64,000 nt of DNA from contig JBEKCB010000006.1 in the NCBI GenBank assembly GCA_050015075.1, positions 32,001 to 96,000 on the forward strand, written 5' to 3'. Below, in pieces: positions 21,664-29,808 of the stretch. The notes under the pieces were generated by a model. That model saw only the letters and a program-made list of their open reading frames with translations. It was not told where the DNA came from and searched no databases. Position 1 is the stretch's first letter; each line of letters starts with the position of its first letter. The position numbers and the translations under genes were made by a program. Origin of the DNA: Candidatus Brocadiia bacterium (GTDB lineage Bacteria > Planctomycetota > Brocadiia > CAIUPP01).

Positions 21664-23910
21664 ATGTCAAGGATAGCCGCCTTCACCGCTTTGTTGATCC
21701 TGCTTGCGCCCTCGGCGCTGTTCGCGCAGACGCCTGAAGGCCCGGGCACGTGGGCCTTTCAGCCGGCTCGGGACGAGTTCCGGCCCGATGCGTTGCTGGA
21801 CCTGCGCTCGCTCAACGAGAAACAGGCCGGCGAATCGGGGTTCGTGAAGGTGGATGCCAACGGCGATTTCGTCCTCGGCAACGGCGACCCGGTGCGGTTC
21901 TGGGCGGTCAATACGAACGTCGGGCGCGATAAGCCGTTCCACGCCCGGCCGCTCTGGTCGGAGGCCGAGCCGGACCTGGCGCATCACGCCCGGTTCCTGG
22001 CCAAGCGCGGCGTGAACATGGTCCGGTTGCACGCGCACCTCGACCCCGGGCCCAAGGGCAAGCTGACGGAGTTCGATCGGGCCGAGCGCGACTGGATCTG
22101 GCGGGCAGTCGCCGCGATGAAGAAAGAGGGCATCTACGCGACCATCTCGCCGTTCTGGGCTGAGGGCTCCAGCGTCGGCCCGAGCTGGGGCATTCCCGGC
22201 GTGACGAAGGAGCAGAGCGCCGCCAGCCTGCTCTTCTTCGACCCGACGATGCAGGAAGGTTACCGGGCCTGGCTGAAAGCCCTCTACGCCGAGACGAACC
22301 CTTACACCGGCATCCCGCTGGCGAAGGACCCGGCGGTCGCGATCATCCAGCTTCAGAATGAGGACAGCCTGCTGTTCTGGACGTTCAACAGCATCCAGGG
22401 CGAGCAGCGGCGACGGCTCTCCAGGCTGTTCGGCGATTTCCTCAAGAGCAAATACGGCTCGCTGGACAAGGCGAAGCCGGCGTGGGGCGGCGCCGACAAC
22501 AAGGATGACGACCTCGCCGACGGCGTCGTCGCGCTGGACAATATCTGGGAACTGACCCAGGAGCGCAGCGGCGCGCGGGCCCGGCGGCTGGCCGATATGA
22601 CCGAGTTCCTCAGCCGGACGATGGACGACTTCAACCGGAAGATGGAGAAATTCCTCCGCGAGGAACTCGGCTGCAAACAGCTCATCAACGCGGGCAACTG
22701 GCAAACGGCCGACATGGTCAAGCTCAACGATGCGGAGCGGTGGAGCTATACGGCCAACCAGGTGCTGGCGGTCAACCGCTATTTCGACGGGATTCATATC
22801 GGCAAAAACAACGGCTGGGCGATCGAAAACGGAGACCAGTTCACGTCGCCCTCGGTGCTCCTCGAGCCGAGGCAACTGCCGGTCAGCCTCAAGCTGGTCA
22901 AGGGATTCCCGATGATGGTCACCGAGTCCGCCTGGGTCATGCCGGACGCGCACGCGAGCGAGGGGCCGTTCCTGGTGGCGGCTTACCAGTCGCTGTCCGG
23001 CGTGGACGCCTACTTCTGGTTCGCCACCGACACCGACGAATGGACTCCGCCGCAGTCGGCCAACGGCTACATGCCGTCGCAGGGCAAATGGCTGTTCGCC
23101 AACCCGGACATGCTGGGCGGTTTCCCGGCGGCCGCGTTGATGTATCGCATGGGCTACGTTCGCCGCGGAGAGCCGGTGGTGCACGAGGAGCGGTCGCTGG
23201 AGAACATTTTCCAGCGGCGCGACCCGATCATCGCGGAAGGCGCCGGGTTCGATCCCAACCGCAACTCCGGGAACATCGCCCCGGACTCGTCGGTCAAGGG
23301 AGGCGTCAACCCGCTGGCATTCCTGGCCGGCCGGGTGGAAGTCGTCTATGGCGGGCAGCCGCAGGCCAGCAAGGTGGCCGATCTGAAGCCGTTCATTGAC
23401 GAACCGAACAAGGAAGTGCGCAGCGTCACCGGCGAGCTGACGTTCAACTACGGCAAGGGCTTCTGCCTGCTGAACGCGCCGAAAGCCCAGGGCGTCGCGG
23501 CGTTCTTCAAGAACCGGAAGGACTTCAAGACTGACGACGTCGAGATCGCCTCCGACAACGATTACGGAACCGTGCTCGTCGTCTCGATGGACGACAAGCC
23601 GATCCGCGAATCCGGCAAGCTGCTCGTGCAGACGACGACGCAGTGCCGGCCGACCGGCTGGCGGGAGAAACCGGTCACGATCAAAGTGAAAGAAGGCACT
23701 TTCCCCGGCTTCGAGGTCGTCAATTTCGGCAAGGCGCCCTGGCAGGTGACGCGAGCCCGAGTCACGCTGACCATCCACAACCCCAGCCTGGCCAAGGCGA
23801 CGGTGCTTGACGCCAACGGCAATGCCGCCGGGGAAGCCAAGTTGGAGAGACGAGGCGACGAGGTCGAGTTCAGGTTTCCGGAAAACGCCTTGTACGTCAT
23901 CCTCCAATGA
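21664..23910 (+). CDS. Secreted glycoside hydrolase, clan GH-A-like TIM barrel
   Basis: Signal peptide; GVNMVRLH, NPYTGIPLAKDPAVAIIQLQNE (acid/base), PMMVTE (nucleophile). Confidence 0.75.
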   Translation: MSRIAAFTALLILLAPSALFAQTPEGPGTWAFQPARDEFRPDALLDLRSLNEKQAGESGFVKVDANGDFVLGNGDPVRFWAVNTNVGRDKPFHARPLWSEAEPDLAHHARFLAKRGVNMVRLHAHLDPGPKGKLTEFDRAERDWIWRAVAAMKKEGIYATISPFWAEGSSVGPSWGIPGVTKEQSAASLLFFDPTMQEGYRAWLKALYAETNPYTGIPLAKDPAVAIIQLQNEDSLLFWTFNSIQGEQRRRLSRLFGDFLKSKYGSLDKAKPAWGGADNKDDDLADGVVALDNIWELTQERSGARARRLADMTEFLSRTMDDFNRKMEKFLREELGCKQLINAGNWQTADMVKLNDAERWSYTANQVLAVNRYFDGIHIGKNNGWAIENGDQFTSPSVLLEPRQLPVSLKLVKGFPMMVTESAWVMPDAHASEGPFLVAAYQSLSGVDAYFWFATDTDEWTPPQSANGYMPSQGKWLFANPDMLGGFPAAALMYRMGYVRRGEPVVHEERSLENIFQRRDPIIAEGAGFDPNRNSGNIAPDSSVKGGVNPLAFLAGRVEVVYGGQPQASKVADLKPFIDEPNKEVRSVTGELTFNYGKGFCLLNAPKAQGVAAFFKNRKDFKTDDVEIASDNDYGTVLVVSMDDKPIRESGKLLVQTTTQCRPTGWREKPVTIKVKEGTFPGFEVVNFGKAPWQVTRARVTLTIHNPSLAKATVLDANGNAAGEAKLERRGDEVEFRFPENALYVILQ

Positions 23911-24005
23911 CGGACCGTCTCGAAGATTCAGTTGGCATGTTCGGGAATGCCATGAAATGACTTGAAGTGGCTGTGCATCCGGATTATGCTGATGAGATGC
24001 CTGCA

Positions 24006-24206
24006 ATGAAGAAAGAATACGACTTCTCAAAGGGCCAACGCGGCAAGTTCTGCCGGCGTGACGCACGCTTCAATCTGCCAATCTATCTTGAAAAGGACGT
24101 GCGCAAATTCGTCGAGGGGATTGCAGGCAAGAAGAAGCGGGACGTATCCACGGTCGTAAACGACCTTCTCAAGTCGGACATGCGGCTTGCGAAAGCCATA
24201 AAGTGA
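24006..24206 (+). CDS. Orphan antitoxin-like ribbon-helix-helix protein (BrnA/CopG-like)
   Basis: MKKEYDFSKGQRGKF...PIYLEKDV...STVVNDLLK. Confidence 0.75.
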   Translation: MKKEYDFSKGQRGKFCRRDARFNLPIYLEKDVRKFVEGIAGKKKRDVSTVVNDLLKSDMRLAKAIK

Positions 24207-24302
24207 GATGGTCGCGGGCACCCGCTCTTCGCAGCTCCGCTGCTTCGGCGGGCGGAGAAGAGTCGGGCTGGGTATGATGTTCATGCAGAGGAAGGCTGAG
24301 AC

Positions 24303-24569
24303 ATGGGCAAGCAGTATCAGGAATTTGCGATCAACTACTATCAGGACGCAGACGGCATTTTCACCGCCCAGGTTCCCGCCATTCGCGGCTGCGTAGCTTC
24401 AGGGAGGACGCTTGAGGAAGCCTACCGGAATGCGGCGGATGCCATCGAGAGTTGCCTGGAGGCGCGCGCCAAAGTGGCGGCAACGGCCCCGCTGTCCATG
24501 CTAGTCCCGAGCGCCCTCCTCGTTGGCCCGCAACCTTTCAAGAATCATCGCAGCAACTTCAGGCGCTGA
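24303..24569 (+). CDS. hicB: HicB-family antitoxin, C-terminus probably disrupted
   Basis: FTAQVPAIRGCVASGRTLEEAYRNAADAIESCL; last 69 nt overlap the TIR gene on the opposite strand. Confidence 0.8.
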   Translation: MGKQYQEFAINYYQDADGIFTAQVPAIRGCVASGRTLEEAYRNAADAIESCLEARAKVAATAPLSMLVPSALLVGPQPFKNHRSNFRR

Positions 24570-25493
24570 AAATTGTTGGATGTCAATATAACCGTCAATT
24601 CCGTATAGGCCATCTATTTGCGCTTCGTCAAAGCGGAAGAACATAATGGCAGAACTCTCACGTTTCTTCATCAGGTCTCGGATAGGCCGCCACTCAAGCC
24701 CACACCATTCTTTCTTTTGATAATCGGCACAAAGGAACACGGCTATCAACTCAGATTGCTCGTGGTATAGACGCTGTAAGTACGTGTCGAGATTAGGGCG
24801 CGCAAACTCCGGTTTGTGATATTTATCGTAAAGGATCCGTTTCCTTCCCAATACTCTACCAAGGTCTTCCGCGACCATCTGCACGAAAGCGCGCCGCTCG
24901 CCGGGAAAGGATAGACCGACTGCAAATCTCTTTCTCTGCTTGGCATCCTCTTTGCACGACGCTGGCGCTACAGCGGCCGGCGGCGTTACGCATGGCGAAG
25001 GCGCGACGGCTTCGCGTTCACGAAGCGCCTTACTGAACTCCCGTAAATTTTCCAGAATCGGGCCGGCCTGGGCTGTAGGCTTTGGTAGTATGCCGAGTTC
25101 TCTCCGAATCCCTGGCTCCCAATCAGCCGCCCGCCGATAATCCGAAGCGAGAAGCGAAAGCCCGCAAAAAAAATCTTCAATGTCGGAAGTCCCAGATTCC
25201 CCCCTCACACAAGCAAGAACCTTATCCAATTGGCGTTGCGCTCGCGTCCGCCGCACCTCGTCCATATCATCTTCACTGACAACGCTGTACTCAGCCGCCG
25301 GAAGGCAGCTATGTCTAGGTTCTTCTTTGAAGTGTGTTGCCAAGCGGTCGGCGATGGCCTTGGAATCGGTAACATAGAAGACGTGGGGCATTCCAGGGAT
25401 GTCGGGAACCTTATCCATGCCTCTTCCCTGCATCTGGGGAACCGGCGAACAGGCTATGAGGAGGTATCGCCCGGCGCTCCTTTCCTTGCTCAT
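24501..25493 (-). CDS. Protein with unknown N-terminal domain and C-terminal TIR domain
   Basis: FAVGLSFPGERRAFV...YDKY...LYHEQSELIAVFLCADYQKKEWCGLEW; ATG overlaps the RM gene stop (ATGA). Confidence 0.88.
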   Translation of the reverse strand: MSKERSAGRYLLIACSPVPQMQGRGMDKVPDIPGMPHVFYVTDSKAIADRLATHFKEEPRHSCLPAAEYSVVSEDDMDEVRRTRAQRQLDKVLACVRGESGTSDIEDFFCGLSLLASDYRRAADWEPGIRRELGILPKPTAQAGPILENLREFSKALREREAVAPSPCVTPPAAVAPASCKEDAKQRKRFAVGLSFPGERRAFVQMVAEDLGRVLGRKRILYDKYHKPEFARPNLDTYLQRLYHEQSELIAVFLCADYQKKEWCGLEWRPIRDLMKKRESSAIMFFRFDEAQIDGLYGIDGYIDIQQFSAPEVAAMILERLRANEEGARD

Positions 25494-28400
25494 GCCTTCG
25501 CCCCCGCTTCGGCTACGCCCGGCCAAGCGTAAGCGTGGCTCTTGGCAATCGTGTAGTTGGCGTCCAGCGTCGGTTGCAGAAGGACGATCCGCGCCAGCCG
25601 GCGCGCCATCGCGGTCACTTCGCGGGCTTCTTCGGCCTTCAACGCGCGGCCGAGCAATTCCTGTTCGCGGTAGCTGAGCCACTTCTTGATAACCTGATAC
25701 CCGCCGATGTAATACTCCCACACTTTCGCGGGGATGTTCTTCCAGTAGGCTACGTCATTCAGGTACACGTCTGTTGTGTCCGCGCCCAACAGCGCAATGG
25801 CCTTGCTCAGTGAAAGCCCGCGCGCTTCGGCGGCGTTGCGCAACGCTTCCAATTCGGCCTTGTCATACGGACGTTGCACAATCCGCCCCTTGGCCGGCAT
25901 GGTGACACCTTCCTTGCCCGCGTGCCCCCAACCGGCGGTTACGGCGAGGTCCGCCGCGTCCGGGTCCAAATTGCCGCCGCCCACTTTCGTCAGTAAGCCT
26001 ACGGTTCGGAAGATCGGCTCCAACTTGCCGGACGTGACGCCTGTTACTTCGGCTTCGGTATCGAGCAACGCCGCCAATTGCCGGCCCAAGGCGGCGGACG
26101 CTTCCAGCGTCTTGCGCGAATCGGGAAGCGGAATGCGCGGCCAGTCGCGCCGGATTCCGTCGGCGTTTTCGGCTAGGTACGCCGGGCTGTATCCCACGGC
26201 CAGGGCGTGAAGCCAGATTGTACCTGCCGCGTCCGCGCCGGCGTCAGGGTCATTGATTCCCAATCCGGCCAGGTACGCGCGCGCGGCGGAGGAAAGATTC
26301 GCCGTCGGCTCGGAAGGCCCACTTGCATCATGGAATAGTCCCTTTGCTCTCCCGGCCTCCTTCTGCAAGCGGATCGGCACGAAATAAGCGTCTGTGTGCA
26401 GAACGTGTTGGTCGGCGATATGGCCAACCAAGTGGAAAGTCGCGCCATCCGGCGCCTTCGCCGCGTGGCAGCGGATCAGAAGAAACCTGTTTCCATGCCA
26501 CGCTTGAGCCAGAAGTTCCGGGCGCACGCGGTTCCACAAGTTAGCGATTCGCTCAATATACGCCCACCGCAGGTCAAATGGTTTGAAAAGAAAACGCGCG
26601 ATGTTGCTGTCCCGGAATCCGCTCGCGGTCAACAATCGCTTGCGAACATCGGCCGCGCAGAATCCGGCCGCATCGGTTGTCAGCCCGGCGTGTAGGCGGG
26701 CAACATCTTCAAGTGCAACATTGGCGGCATAGTATGCCTTCATCCGGTCCGCAATGGTTTCTTTCTCAATTGCGTGAGTTCCTTGCTTCCTGTTATCATT
26801 CAATCCAAGCAAAGGTTCAGCTTCCGCCAACTCTACAACGGCGGGCCACGCCAAGTATCCTGTTGCGGTTTCGATTGGGCGGAATGAATAGGCATTCTCA
26901 TTACGTGGCTCGGCTTGCGTGTAGGCTGCATCAAATCGCTTAGCGTCCAAGGTGGCAAGTAGCTGGTGACGACGTTCTTCGGCTTTTGCCGCTTCCACGT
27001 CGTTTCGGAAAAGGACTTGCGCCTGCCCGCCAGCCTTGCGCGGCTTGCCGGTCTTGACCCATAGCGACGTTGCTACCCCCTGTTGTATGCCAGAAGAAAA
27101 GCCTCGAATCGCAAAGACGGTTTCACTCGTGCGTCCGTCCGAAGCGTACTCGGAAATCCTGCGGTCGCCGTGAAGGTTCTCAATCCAGAAGCGGTCGAAG
27201 GAATCCAGCAGGTGCTTGCGAAGGACCACAAACGACGGCTCACCCGTCCAAGATTGATTAGAGATGAAGGACACAACGCCCTTGCCACTCATCTCAGCAA
27301 TGCGCCTCTCGGCCAGGCGGAAGAAGCGAACGTACAAGTCGTCAAGGTAGTTCTTCGTTATCCCCCATTCCTTCAATCCCGCCTTGTACGGTTCAATCAG
27401 TCTTGCTTCTTCATCAAGTGCGACGCCTGCGAAACCGTTATATGGCGGGTTGCCCAGGACAACGAGTATCTTCCTGTCGCGCTTGACGTGTTCGGCGGCA
27501 TCCTTTTCCTGTTGCAGTTCTTCCATGAACCCCAAGACAGTTTGCTTCGGCTCCTTGGGCGGTTCCCAGCCGGTCAGGGCATTGGTCAGGTACACACCGA
27601 CGCGTTCATTGCTCTTGGCGGAGAGCGGAACGCCGAGTCTGTGAAGCAGCAATCCCAATTGCAAGTGCGATACGACGAAGGGTGCGGGGAGAATCTCAAA
27701 GCCGAATACCCGCGTCATGGCGGCCTTCTTCAAGTCCGAAGCAATCAGGGCGTCGCCGCCCTTGGCCTTCAGCGTTTCGGCAATCTTCTTCAGCACTTCC
27801 ACCAGGTACGCCGCAGTGCCGCAACAGGGGTCTAGCACGACAACGTTGGGATCGGCCAAGCCGTCGGCCAGGCCCAATTCTTCGCGCAGGACGGTATCCA
27901 CGCGAGCGACCTGGTATTGCACGATTTCGGGCGGCGTAAACCATACGCCCAATTCCTTCCGCAACTCCGGGTCGAAAGCTTCAAGGAACGGCTCATAGAA
28001 ATACTGGACGGCATGTTCGCCCTGAAACTTCTGGAAGAAGACGGCGCGGTCCACGCGGTTCAAGGCCCCGGTTGTCCAGTCCAGGACTTCCACAAGCTCC
28101 AGGTCGCCCAACTTTCTGGGCGTGGCGATCTGTTCATACAGGGCGCGGATGAAGGGGACGCGCAAGGAAAAAGCGCTCTCATGCCAGTTGAAGGCGTCTT
28201 CGCGCTCCGGGCGCTCCCTATGCCAGAGCACCCAGGCCGAAAAGACGCCGTAGAAGATCGTCTGAACCAATGTTGAGCGGAAGAAATGCGCGCCCTTTTC
28301 CCCTGTGAACTTCATTCCCAGGGCTTCTTCAAGCGCGCCGCGCACGGCGTCCAGGGCGGACAAGTCCTTGTGGTTTTCGACGCGGGCCCTGGCGTCGCGC

Positions 28401-29035
28401 GCGTAGGAAGCCAGAAACCAGGCCAGGTCTTGCGGGGCGGACAGGGGCGCGACGGACAGCATAACGCGCTTCAGGTATTCGCAGAAACGCGCGCCTTGCG
28501 CGGCTTCCTTTTGAGCGTCCTTTTCCTCCGCTGCTTTGCGCGGCTGTGCAGCCAATTTCCAAAAAGCCGACGCAGACTCGGCCAGCGTGAAGCGTTCCGC
28601 TGGAAGCGGATTACTTTGAGCGTCTCGCCCAAGCAACAGGAAATCGCGGTAATTCGTCACGAGTACAACGCCGTACTTCGCGGAGTACCGCTTGACCTGT
28701 TCGCTTTCGGCAACCTTCGTCACGTCCTCGGCCGGGCCTTTGACTTCCACCACGCCACGGGCGGGAAGTTGGCCTTGCATCCCCGGCGCGGTACTCCGCG
28801 CCATTGGGTTTGGATCATTCTTGCGAATCTGGTCCGCCGTGAAAAGGCCGAAGTCCGGTAAGCCCGCGCCCGAATCAGCCGGCGTCTGGACGCAGCGGAC
28901 CTTGGGCTTGAGGGTCTTGCCGATTTCGTCCAACAGATTCGACAAGGCAGGATAATATGACGTTTCGTCGGTAGCGGCCCCGGTATCGTGAATGTCGCGC
29001 ATGTGCTTCAGGTAGGCTTCAAGCGGATTCGTCAC
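25490..29035 (-). CDS. Single-polypeptide restriction-modification enzyme (N6-adenine MTase, N-terminal PD-(D/E)xK nuclease, Type ISP-like C-terminal specificity domain; no helicase)
   Basis: PDFGL...VEVK; YEPFLEAFDPELRKELGVWFTPPEIV; LDPCCGT; GNPPY; VWEYYIGGYQVIKKWLSYRE. Confidence 0.9.
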   Translation of the reverse strand: MTNPLEAYLKHMRDIHDTGAATDETSYYPALSNLLDEIGKTLKPKVRCVQTPADSGAGLPDFGLFTADQIRKNDPNPMARSTAPGMQGQLPARGVVEVKGPAEDVTKVAESEQVKRYSAKYGVVLVTNYRDFLLLGRDAQSNPLPAERFTLAESASAFWKLAAQPRKAAEEKDAQKEAAQGARFCEYLKRVMLSVAPLSAPQDLAWFLASYARDARARVENHKDLSALDAVRGALEEALGMKFTGEKGAHFFRSTLVQTIFYGVFSAWVLWHRERPEREDAFNWHESAFSLRVPFIRALYEQIATPRKLGDLELVEVLDWTTGALNRVDRAVFFQKFQGEHAVQYFYEPFLEAFDPELRKELGVWFTPPEIVQYQVARVDTVLREELGLADGLADPNVVVLDPCCGTAAYLVEVLKKIAETLKAKGGDALIASDLKKAAMTRVFGFEILPAPFVVSHLQLGLLLHRLGVPLSAKSNERVGVYLTNALTGWEPPKEPKQTVLGFMEELQQEKDAAEHVKRDRKILVVLGNPPYNGFAGVALDEEARLIEPYKAGLKEWGITKNYLDDLYVRFFRLAERRIAEMSGKGVVSFISNQSWTGEPSFVVLRKHLLDSFDRFWIENLHGDRRISEYASDGRTSETVFAIRGFSSGIQQGVATSLWVKTGKPRKAGGQAQVLFRNDVEAAKAEERRHQLLATLDAKRFDAAYTQAEPRNENAYSFRPIETATGYLAWPAVVELAEAEPLLGLNDNRKQGTHAIEKETIADRMKAYYAANVALEDVARLHAGLTTDAAGFCAADVRKRLLTASGFRDSNIARFLFKPFDLRWAYIERIANLWNRVRPELLAQAWHGNRFLLIRCHAAKAPDGATFHLVGHIADQHVLHTDAYFVPIRLQKEAGRAKGLFHDASGPSEPTANLSSAARAYLAGLGINDPDAGADAAGTIWLHALAVGYSPAYLAENADGIRRDWPRIPLPDSRKTLEASAALGRQLAALLDTEAEVTGVTSGKLEPIFRTVGLLTKVGGGNLDPDAADLAVTAGWGHAGKEGVTMPAKGRIVQRPYDKAELEALRNAAEARGLSLSKAIALLGADTTDVYLNDVAYWKNIPAKVWEYYIGGYQVIKKWLSYREQELLGRALKAEEAREVTAMARRLARIVLLQPTLDANYTIAKSHAYAWPGVAEAGAKA

Positions 29036-29195
29036 GGCGTTGCACCCTCGCGTCTGCAACCTCGCGTGAAAAGCAGGCGGGGCGGAAAGCCGTGCGAGTT
29101 CCGACGGATCGGGTCGCGTTCCCTATCCGCCCCGTGTGAGGATTCTACAATTCCCCGCCCGAAAATGCTACCCGGCGTCAAGAGACAGGGCATGT

Positions 29196-29577
29196 TCCGG
29201 GGAAACCCTATTTCCTCCGCCTTCGCATGCCGCGAAAACGAGGCCTGGGCGATTGTCCCAGGCTGATACACGCGATTGGATTCGTTTTTTCAGATGGACT
29301 TGTCGCGCCAAGAGGTCGTTCGTCGGCCTTCGCGAAGCTGCGTCAATGGAGCGGGGATTTAGCGGCATGCGGGGGCCGATGCGGCATCATTCCGGCTCCT
29401 TACGGCGGCATTACGACGGCATGAAAGCGGCATGGTTGTAGTCCGGGGAAATAAACCCTATTTGCTCCGCCTTCGCGTGATGGCGTCAATGAAGAGGGGA
29501 TTTGGCGGCATGCGGAGGCCGAGACGACATCATTCCGGCTCCTCACGGCGGCATGGCGACGGCATGAAAGCGGCATG
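29196..29577. repeat. Degenerate tandem duplication of a ~140-bp unit; first copy interrupted by a ~100-bp insert
   Basis: 29326-29434 matches 29469-29577; 29196-29226 matches 29442-29476; GCCTTCGC flanks the insert. Confidence 0.8.
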
Positions 29578-29597
29578 ACTATCAGAATGAGTCTGAT

Positions 29598-29613
29598 TGT
29601 TCCACGTGAAACA
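29598..29613. promoter_or_regulatory. parS: parS centromere-like site (ParB binding)
   Basis: TGTTCCACGTGAAACA matches the TGTTNCACGTGAAACA consensus; intergenic. Confidence 0.85.
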
Positions 29614-29658
29614 ATTTATAACTTATCTTATGTTCCTGATCCTGCAATGGCGGACTGC

Positions 29659-29795
29659 GGGCTGTTGAAAAAGGCCATTGCCGCGTCTTCGCCGCGTCAT
29701 TCCCGCGAAAGCGGGAATCCAGATCATTGCGCGGTGGGGCGAATTTTGGATTCCCGCTTTCGCGGGAATGACAAAGCGACTTTTATAGCGGCCCT
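29659..29795. mobile_element. MITE-like element containing an inverted pair of GTCATTCCCGCGAAAGCGGGAATCCA REPs
   Basis: Perfect 26-bp inverted pair (29696-29721 / 29747-29772); imperfect outer IR GGGCTGTTGAAAAAG / CTTTTATAGCGGCCC; ACTGC on both flanks. Confidence 0.7.
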
Positions 29796-29808
29796 ACTGC
29801 CCGCCGCT

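Noticed and set aside
21667-24066. 799-aa minus-strand ORF
   Set aside because: Mirror of the glycoside hydrolase gene.
24501-25493. Thoeris, CBASS, Pycsar or SPARTA assignment for the TIR gene
   Set aside because: No ThsA, cyclase or Argonaute partner is encoded nearby.
29196-29577. Possible CRISPR array
   Set aside because: Only two long degenerate units, no constant short repeat with unique spacers, and no cas genes.
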